A stretch of 32,000 nucleotides of DNA from Candidatus Heimdallarchaeota archaeon (lineage in GTDB: Archaea; Asgardarchaeota; Heimdallarchaeia; JABLTI01), in contig JAUWKS010000023.1 of assembly GCA_030614005.1 (NCBI GenBank), forward strand, positions 17,414 to 49,413. Direction: 5' to 3'. The position numbers and the translations under genes were made by a program. This document shows, piece after piece, positions 25,759 to 32,000 of this stretch; the stretch's first letter is position 1; each line of letters opens with the position of its first letter. Below the pieces are notes generated by a model. That model was not told the DNA's origin, made no database searches, and was given only the letters and a program-made list of their open reading frames with translations.

Positions 25759-26562
25759 ATGAACGCTGTCAAAAAGAACAAAGAACAAAAATTTCAAAAG
25801 AAAGTGTTCAACTGGTGGAAGGAAAACAAACGAGATCTTCCTTGGAGAAAAACAATAAATCCATATTATATTATGATCGCAGAAATAATGTTACAACAAA
25901 CACAGGTAAATCGCACAATAGAAAAGTATAATGAATTTATAGAAAGATTTCCAACAATAGAAAGCTTGGTTGAAGCTGAAATAGTAGAGGTATTGCGATA
26001 TTGGTCTGGTTTAGGTTATAATAGAAGAGCACTCTGGTTGCATAATGCAGCAAAACAAATAATAGAAAAAGGTTCTTTTCCAAAGACTCCGGAAGAATTA
26101 GTGAAACTGAAGGGAATTGGATCATACACTTCGAGGTCAATACTTATTTTTGCTTTCAATGAAGATTTAGCAACGATAGATACAAATATTCGAAGAATAT
26201 TGGTTGCAGAAAAATTTGCTGAAGAAAATGCCCCTGAAAAGGAATTGTTAAAGATTGCGAGTAAACTGTTGCCAGTTGGAAGGTCTAGAGATTGGCACAA
26301 CGCATTAATGGACTATGGATCATTAGAATTAACTGCTGCAAAAACAGGTATTAAACCAATCTCAAAACAACCAAAGTATAAATCTTCGAAAAGGTTTTAT
26401 CGAGGGGTTATTGTGAAATTTTTCACAAGAAAAGAGACAGCTGACGCAATAGAAATCGCAGAGAATTGTGAAATACCAATTGAACAATTGGACGAAATTC
26501 TTCAATCGCTGCAAAAAGATGGATTAATAAAAAAAGACGATAATAATTATTCTCTACCATAA
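25759..26562 (+). CDS. mutY: MutY-like HhH-GPD adenine glycosylase lacking the Fe-S cluster motif, with a short C-terminal wHTH-like domain
   Basis: RDLPWR, IMIAEIMLQQTQV, WSGLGYNRRA, LKGIGSYT, IDTNIRR, NALMDYG; no CX6CX2CX5C after the last motif. Confidence 0.85.
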   Translation: MNAVKKNKEQKFQKKVFNWWKENKRDLPWRKTINPYYIMIAEIMLQQTQVNRTIEKYNEFIERFPTIESLVEAEIVEVLRYWSGLGYNRRALWLHNAAKQIIEKGSFPKTPEELVKLKGIGSYTSRSILIFAFNEDLATIDTNIRRILVAEKFAEENAPEKELLKIASKLLPVGRSRDWHNALMDYGSLELTAAKTGIKPISKQPKYKSSKRFYRGVIVKFFTRKETADAIEIAENCEIPIEQLDEILQSLQKDGLIKKDDNNYSLP

Positions 26563-26597
26563 AAAAAACAGAGAAGATAGATGAAAAGTCATCTATC
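26563..26597 (-). terminator. Hairpin plus T8 terminator for the large surface-protein gene
   Basis: GATAGATGA-aaag-TCATCTATC (26576-97); the minus strand continues TTCTCTGTTTTTTTT. Confidence 0.7.
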
Positions 26598-26615
26598 AAT
26601 ATGTATTGTTGAAAA

Positions 26616-29600
26616 CTAATCATCTGTTTGTTCTGGATCAATAACTTCCTCTTGTGCATCATCAGCAGATGAGGAACTTATATCAGGTAATGAGAATGTT
26701 TCAGTAGAACTCTCATCAACAATTTCAGGTTCGTGAGGAGGTAAAGATTGAGTTTCTTTCGCAACGGAAATTTCTTCCAAATCAGCTAGAAGTGTAGAAT
26801 ATTCTTCGTCAAGTTTAGTCAATTTCAGTTTTAAAGCTGCTTTGCGATCAGCAATAATTTTCTTTTTGAGACCTTTGATTGCAGAGTTTTTTACCGCAGA
26901 AGATTTTTCATCTCTGAAATGAGAAATTTCTTTTTTATAGAGCTGAATACTGTCTTCAAGATCTTCCTCTGAAGCTAACCAAATAGTATTACCAGAAAGA
27001 GCAATCTTGTAATCTTTGGAATGCTCAACAACTAGTTGCTTAATTTGTCCCTTGTTAAGTTTCTTGTCAAGGTATTGTGTGATTTCTTTGGCAGAAAGGC
27101 TAACCTTTCCTTTTGATCTCTGAGTTTCTATGTATCTGAACATACGTTGTTCGGGACGAGTATAACGATATGTTAACAAGAAAATAACTAAAATTGCTAT
27201 TAACAATATTGCACTACTAAGACCAATAGACAAAGCAAGAAGATTTCTGCGAGTAACAGGAGTGCTATCAGCATTAAGTGGATCAGAACCAGCATTGATT
27301 TCTTCAGCATCGCTAAAGGAATCACTGTCGGTATCATACTTGTTAGGATCTGTTCCATAAATCTTAACTTCGTCTCCATCTGATAAAGTATCGTTGTCAC
27401 TGTCAGCATCGAAAGGATCGGTATCTGCAGCATACTCTTCAAGATTAGTCAATCCATCTGTATCCGGATCTTCTGAAGCATCATCAACAAAGGGGTCAGT
27501 ACCAACATTATGTTCCCACAAATCATCCATTCCATCTCCGTCGGTATCTGCATTGTGAGGATTAGTGCCAATAGTATATTCTTCTACATTAGATAACCCA
27601 TCTCCGTCTGAATCGAGATTCCCGTCAGCAACAAGAGGATTGAATCCTTGGTCAACTTCGTAGCCATCTGGCATTCCATCTCCGTCGGTATCTGCAACCA
27701 TTGGATCAGTATGAAGGTTGTATTCTTCTAAATGAGTAAGGCCATCTGAATCGTTATCATCTCCAATGTCGTTTCTAAGAGGATTTGTACCCCAAGTTAC
27801 TTCCCAAAGATCACCTAATGAATCACCATCTGTATCAGTTGAATTAGCAAAAGTTGAATAGGTAATAATTTCATCATAATCATCCAAACCATCGCCATCC
27901 GAATCTGAATCGAGAGGATTACTATAATACAGTTTAACTTCATCTCCATCTCTTAATCCGTCTCCATCGGAGTCGCTGTTAAGTGGTTTGTTTGTTAAAA
28001 TGTATCCAGTAGTGTTTGCATAAGGATTTGTTGGCCAGTAGATGCCGTAAAGCTCTTCTCCATCTGTTAAGTCGTCAGCGTCTGTATCTGGGTTGTTAGG
28101 GTTAAGACTGAGATTATATTCATCGATATTAGAAACAGAGTCTCCATCTAGATCAGAAAGAGAATCGTCGAGTAAAGGATCAAGACCATATTTAACTTCA
28201 AAATCATCATCCATACCATCGATATCAGTATCAACAACAGTCGGATCAGTAAGATGGGTTAGATATTCATCTCCATCTGTTAAACCATCACTGTCGGTGT
28301 CAATATCTGTAGGATCAGTGAAGATATTTCCAGTCGTTATGTTGGCATTAGGGCTTGTTGGATAATACAAACCAAGAGTTTCATTTCCATCTAGTAAACC
28401 ATCGCTGTCGGTGTCGTTATTTAATGGATTTGTGATAAATCCGTCGAATCCAATAATAATTTCTTCTCCATCTTTCAAGAAGTCAGCATCTGTATCATTA
28501 TTATTTGGATCTGTTAAATAATCGAAAACTTCGTCACCATCAATTATCTGGTCATCGTCAGTATCGTCTTTAGTTTCATCTGTAAGATAAACATTAATTT
28601 CATCACCATCGTATAAGCGATCTCCATCAGAATCTAACTCAACAACTTTGAGACCATCTGCTCCATCTGCGTAATAACAGTATTCATCTAGAACGAATGT
28701 TCCAAGATTGTAAGATGTGCCATCATTTCCATCATCAAAAGTACCAACAATACCATCGATAACTGGTATACTTCTATCTGTAATATTGAAAATTTTTAAT
28801 CCATCATTCCGATATGTTACAAATGCTTTATTCCCTTCAAGTGAGACACTTGATGCATAAGATTCATTAACATATCTATATTCTGAAGGGCAAACTGGGT
28901 TTTGAGGAATCCAAACTGCTACAATAAAGAAACCATTTTGATCGGTGACATAAGCGTATCTTGCTGTATTATCAAAATCAACTTCTAAACTAAATGGATC
29001 ACTTAAATCTGAAGTAAAAGAACCAGTTAAACTTGGAGTGACTGGATTTGCTACGCTAATTATTTCCAAACCCCAATTTCTGTAAGTAATAAATGCGTAT
29101 TCTTCTCCTCCATCTTCTTTCTTAACAATATCTCGAGCATACTCACCGTTATAATAACCAGAACCAATTTTGGTTGGCGTAGTTGGTTCGACAAAAGAAA
29201 CCAATACAAGCCCTTGGTAACCACAAGCTAAGTACGCATAATGTTCATCAATATCAATAGCTAACGTTTGATTTGTGCCAATAAGAAAATTATTTTCTTG
29301 ACCAACAACATTTGGACTAGCTTTGTTACCTAAGTCTAAAATGACAATACCATTTATTCCATAAGCTAAATAAGCGAAATCATCTGCTAACACGAAATCG
29401 TAGCAGATAGCTGAAGCACTAACATAAAATCCTACAAGAGTAATATCGGATATATTACTGACATCTAAGATTCTGAATCCATTTGATCCATCTGCAACAA
29501 ATGCGAAATCGTCTACAACAATGACTTTGTGAACTGTTCCTGAATCGGACCAATTTCCTACTTTACTATAAATATGACTAAATCCACCTGTTACTTCAAA

Positions 29601-29762
29601 TTCAACAGAATCTTGAATTGTTTCTGCAACCGCAATTTCTATATTAAACGAGTCTTGATTATTTGCTGAGCCATCTGCAATTTGCTGTTGGAACATACAA
29701 GTTACAATAACAATTGCCATAATGGACTTCAGAATTTTTGTTTTATTTACACTTAAAGTCAT
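26616..29762 (-). CDS. Type I membrane protein: signal peptide, LVIVD beta-propeller, 18 TSP3-like DxDxDG Ca-binding repeats, TM helix, ~180-aa cytoplasmic domain
   Basis: Repeated AFVADGSNG/AYLAYGING/AYLACGYQG/AFVTYRNDG blades; 18 D-x-D-x-D-x4-[D/N/H]-x2-E units counted; TM LLALSIGLSSAILLIAILVIFLL followed by RYTR. Confidence 0.9.
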   Translation of the reverse strand: MTLSVNKTKILKSIMAIVIVTCMFQQQIADGSANNQDSFNIEIAVAETIQDSVEFEVTGGFSHIYSKVGNWSDSGTVHKVIVVDDFAFVADGSNGFRILDVSNISDITLVGFYVSASAICYDFVLADDFAYLAYGINGIVILDLGNKASPNVVGQENNFLIGTNQTLAIDIDEHYAYLACGYQGLVLVSFVEPTTPTKIGSGYYNGEYARDIVKKEDGGEEYAFITYRNWGLEIISVANPVTPSLTGSFTSDLSDPFSLEVDFDNTARYAYVTDQNGFFIVAVWIPQNPVCPSEYRYVNESYASSVSLEGNKAFVTYRNDGLKIFNITDRSIPVIDGIVGTFDDGNDGTSYNLGTFVLDEYCYYADGADGLKVVELDSDGDRLYDGDEINVYLTDETKDDTDDDQIIDGDEVFDYLTDPNNNDTDADFLKDGEEIIIGFDGFITNPLNNDTDSDGLLDGNETLGLYYPTSPNANITTGNIFTDPTDIDTDSDGLTDGDEYLTHLTDPTVVDTDIDGMDDDFEVKYGLDPLLDDSLSDLDGDSVSNIDEYNLSLNPNNPDTDADDLTDGEELYGIYWPTNPYANTTGYILTNKPLNSDSDGDGLRDGDEVKLYYSNPLDSDSDGDGLDDYDEIITYSTFANSTDTDGDSLGDLWEVTWGTNPLRNDIGDDNDSDGLTHLEEYNLHTDPMVADTDGDGMPDGYEVDQGFNPLVADGNLDSDGDGLSNVEEYTIGTNPHNADTDGDGMDDLWEHNVGTDPFVDDASEDPDTDGLTNLEEYAADTDPFDADSDNDTLSDGDEVKIYGTDPNKYDTDSDSFSDAEEINAGSDPLNADSTPVTRRNLLALSIGLSSAILLIAILVIFLLTYRYTRPEQRMFRYIETQRSKGKVSLSAKEITQYLDKKLNKGQIKQLVVEHSKDYKIALSGNTIWLASEEDLEDSIQLYKKEISHFRDEKSSAVKNSAIKGLKKKIIADRKAALKLKLTKLDEEYSTLLADLEEISVAKETQSLPPHEPEIVDESSTETFSLPDISSSSADDAQEEVIDPEQTDD
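27264..28634 (-). repeat. Intragenic array of 18 TSP3-like calcium-binding repeats
   Basis: Runs from DSDGDRLYDGDE to DTDSDSFSDAEE...DPLNADS. Confidence 0.85.
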
Positions 29763-29979
29763 TGTTTGAAAGTCTCCTATATAGATAATATCGGATTCTT
29801 TTTTTTGTTATCCTTTTCTAGGATGTTTTTGCTTTAAAAAAGCATTTCCCTATTTGAATTTTTAGTCATTCTTGTAGTTGTTATTCTGTATTTTCAGCTG
29901 AAACCAAGTATATCTTTTTTAGACCTATTTTGCAGCAGCTTCTAGATTACTCCTCCGTTGAGTGGTTAATTTAAATAAA

Positions 29980-30125
29980 ATGATAATTGGGGCAACAAGA
30001 TTCTTAGGGTCGCATATTGTTGACGAAATAATTAAAAATGATAATCAAGTGACTGCTTTAGTAAGAAAAACAAGTTGCACTTCATCTCTATGATCATTAT
30101 TGGAGATTTGCTACATCTTAATTAA
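29980..30125 (+). pseudogene. Remnant of an NAD(P)-dependent epimerase/dehydratase (extended or atypical SDR) N-terminus
   Basis: ATG 29980 reads MIIGATRFLGSHIVDEIIKNDNQVTALVRKTSCTSSL*; the consensus is GATGFLG, here with G>R. IIIGDL continues in another frame at 30093-30110 and stops at 30125. Absent from the ORF track. Confidence 0.75.
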
Positions 30126-30167
30126 GAAAGGTAGATTATGAGACAAGTCAAAAAGGAAGATAAAAAA

Positions 30168-30992
30168 ATGATTATAGATGGTCATGCACACGCTCTTGGT
30201 GAATTTTCTAACGTTGAGTCGATAAAAACTATTCTCGATGAATTAAAAGTGGATAAAATAGTTCTCTGCCCAGGTTCAAGTGAAGACCCCACTATTACAC
30301 CAATAAAACCAAAAATAAAAGGCAATTTCATCACTAAAAATGCTAGAATAGTCTTTGTATCAAATATTTTTCTTCGACGATATAGCAAAGGTATGGGAGA
30401 CAGAGATGCCGGCAATCAATATGTTCACTCATTAGTTGAAAAATTACCTGAAAGAATAATCCAGTTTTATTGGGTAAATTTCTTTAGAGAAGATTATTTT
30501 GAAGAATTAAGAGAAAAATTCTCTAAATGGAAATTCAAAGGATTGAAACTTCATCAATGCGTGTTGCCATTTTCAAATGATAGTGAAGATATGGAAAAAT
30601 TATCACAATTTGCTGCGGAAAACAACTTGCCTATTTTCATTCATATATTTAATCCAAAAGAAGCAGATAAATTAGTTGGACTTGGTAGAAAACATCCGAA
30701 AACAAATTACATAATTGCTCATATGATGGGTTTAGAGAATGTTATTAGCAAAGGCAAGGATCTGAAGAATTTCTATTTCGATATTTCAACTTACTATATT
30801 GTTAGTAATCAACGCATAAAAAAAGCCATAAAGTTTTTTGGAGCTGATCACGTTCTCTTAGGTTCTGATTCCCCATTAGGTTATGATAATCTAAAGAACA
30901 ATATCAAAAAAATAAAAAAAATGGATATTCCTAAAGAACAGAAGGAACTTATTCTAGGTAATGGAATAGCAAAACTGCTAGATATTCAATAA
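30168..30992 (+). CDS. Amidohydrolase-superfamily metal-dependent hydrolase (Amidohydro_2/COG2159 type)
   Basis: MIIDGHAH, GLKLH, LPIFIH, IIAHMMG, YFDIS, VLLGSDSP; ATG 30168 preferred over 30138. Confidence 0.88.
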   Translation: MIIDGHAHALGEFSNVESIKTILDELKVDKIVLCPGSSEDPTITPIKPKIKGNFITKNARIVFVSNIFLRRYSKGMGDRDAGNQYVHSLVEKLPERIIQFYWVNFFREDYFEELREKFSKWKFKGLKLHQCVLPFSNDSEDMEKLSQFAAENNLPIFIHIFNPKEADKLVGLGRKHPKTNYIIAHMMGLENVISKGKDLKNFYFDISTYYIVSNQRIKKAIKFFGADHVLLGSDSPLGYDNLKNNIKKIKKMDIPKEQKELILGNGIAKLLDIQ

Positions 30993-31097
30993 TTCGCATC
31001 GTAGAAGATTTTTTTATTATAATCAAAGCAAATTGTAATTGATTTCTTAAGAAATAGAAAGACCAGTTTTTAATAAAATGGCGCAAAGCTATTCATT

Positions 31098-31787
31098 ATG
31101 ACAAAAAGAGATGAACAAACAAATATTCTGAAGCTGCCTGCCCTCCAAAAATGGGTCAATGAAAATGGAGAAGTTGATTATATCAAATTAAATGAATCGA
31201 AAGAATTCTGGAAACAGCTTGCAATAATTGAGAATTATGATTTAAAAAACAAAAATAGGGAAGAAAGATTCGCTTTTTGGTTGAATGCTTATAATTTCAT
31301 TACTATTAAAAGCGTTTTAATTGAATTGAAGAAAAAGCCTGTATGGAAAGGAAATCTTACACTGGTTTCAAAATTGAGATTTTTTATTTTACGAAAACAT
31401 AACGTAGCAAGAGATAGATATAATCTCAATTCGATAGAACACAATAAAATACGAAAAGGATTCAAAGATCCAAGAATTCATTTTGCAATAAATTGTGGGA
31501 GTGCAAGCTGCCCATACTTGCCAAATCAGTTATTTACATCAAAAAATTTGGAAAAAATGTTAGATGGATTAACGAATTTTTTCATAAATTCTAATGCAAA
31601 TGTTTGTTATGATGAAAAATTAAATCTTCTTTATCTGAACAAAATTTTTGATTGGTATTCAAAAGACTTTACAAGAGATGGTGGAATAAAGAAATTTATC
31701 GCAAAATATTGGAAAGGTCCAATTGATAAACTTGAGAATTCAAAAATATACTTTAAAAAATACAAATGGCAGGTAAATGCACAATAA
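31098..31787 (+). CDS. DUF547-domain protein
   Basis: AFWLNAYN, LNSIEH, DPRIHFAINCGSASCP, KIFDWY. Confidence 0.88.
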   Translation: MTKRDEQTNILKLPALQKWVNENGEVDYIKLNESKEFWKQLAIIENYDLKNKNREERFAFWLNAYNFITIKSVLIELKKKPVWKGNLTLVSKLRFFILRKHNVARDRYNLNSIEHNKIRKGFKDPRIHFAINCGSASCPYLPNQLFTSKNLEKMLDGLTNFFINSNANVCYDEKLNLLYLNKIFDWYSKDFTRDGGIKKFIAKYWKGPIDKLENSKIYFKKYKWQVNAQ

Positions 31788-31873
31788 CCTTGCATTTGAA
31801 GAAATTTTTTTACCTATCTTTTCAGAAGTGATTCATGGTCTATCTTGGTTAACGCACTCTTAAAGAGTTGGTG

Positions 31874-31999
31874 TTAACGTTTGACTTTCTGCGAGTCCGC
31901 CCAACTCCCGTGAGGGAGGAACTTTCGTTTGACGTTTGGCTGTATATCGCTAAAAAACTTCTCTCGAAAGACTCGAATATCTTTCAAGAGTCGTTGCCT
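31874..31999 (-). CDS. 3' end (41 aa) of an unidentified gene entering from beyond the window; GC-rich, possibly mobile-element-borne
   Basis: The minus frame is open from 31999: RQRLLKDIRVFREKFFSDIQPNVKRKFLPHGSWADSQKVKR*. About 45% GC over 31861-32000. The stop falls inside a hairpin at 31848-31878. Confidence 0.3.
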   Translation of the reverse strand, partial: RQRLLKDIRVFREKFFSDIQPNVKRKFLPHGSWADSQKVKR

Positions 32000-32000
32000 G

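Noticed and set aside
1817-30415. Short antisense or alternate-frame ORFs in the track (e.g. 1817, 2408, 2436, 3128, 4565, 4901, 7071, 7628, 8020, 9932, 12489, 12586, 13095, 13175, 14075, 14693, 16189, 21358, 22462, 23789, 24252, 25937, 26016, 26423, 27200, 28093, 30182)
   Set aside because: All lie within or opposite well-supported longer genes and show no family motifs; they are treated as shadow ORFs.

Overview
AT-rich (roughly 30% GC by eye) archaeal chromosomal segment, almost certainly from an Asgard archaeon. The evidence is a Loki-type profilin, a roadblock/small-GTPase/V4R cluster and archaeal ValRS and Ftr; any finer taxon would be a guess. Housekeeping or metabolic genes are valS, ftr, a MutY-like glycosylase, an HD phosphohydrolase, MBL-rhodanese, amidohydrolase, DUF547, thioredoxin and a prenol kinase. 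The most notable items are: (1) a membrane-anchored subtilase whose domain order and motifs follow eukaryotic Site-1 protease (MBTPS1/SKI-1); (2) a ~1,000-aa protein with a CdvA-like coiled coil and three tandem split PRC-barrel-like modules; (3) a six-gene V4R + four roadblock + MglA-like GTPase module arranged as three gene pairs, whose V4R gene carries an in-frame TGA that hides its first 63 codons from the ORF track; (4) a 371-bp-period tandem duplication of a TM2 gene with its TATA box, palindromic operator and terminator; (5) a degenerate SLOG domain fused to a winged helix, divergent from a dNTPase-like HD gene; (6) a GC-rich nested hairpin/pseudoknot candidate upstream of valS. I saw no CRISPR array, rRNA or tRNA. 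All family assignments come from motif recognition and memory, not database searches.
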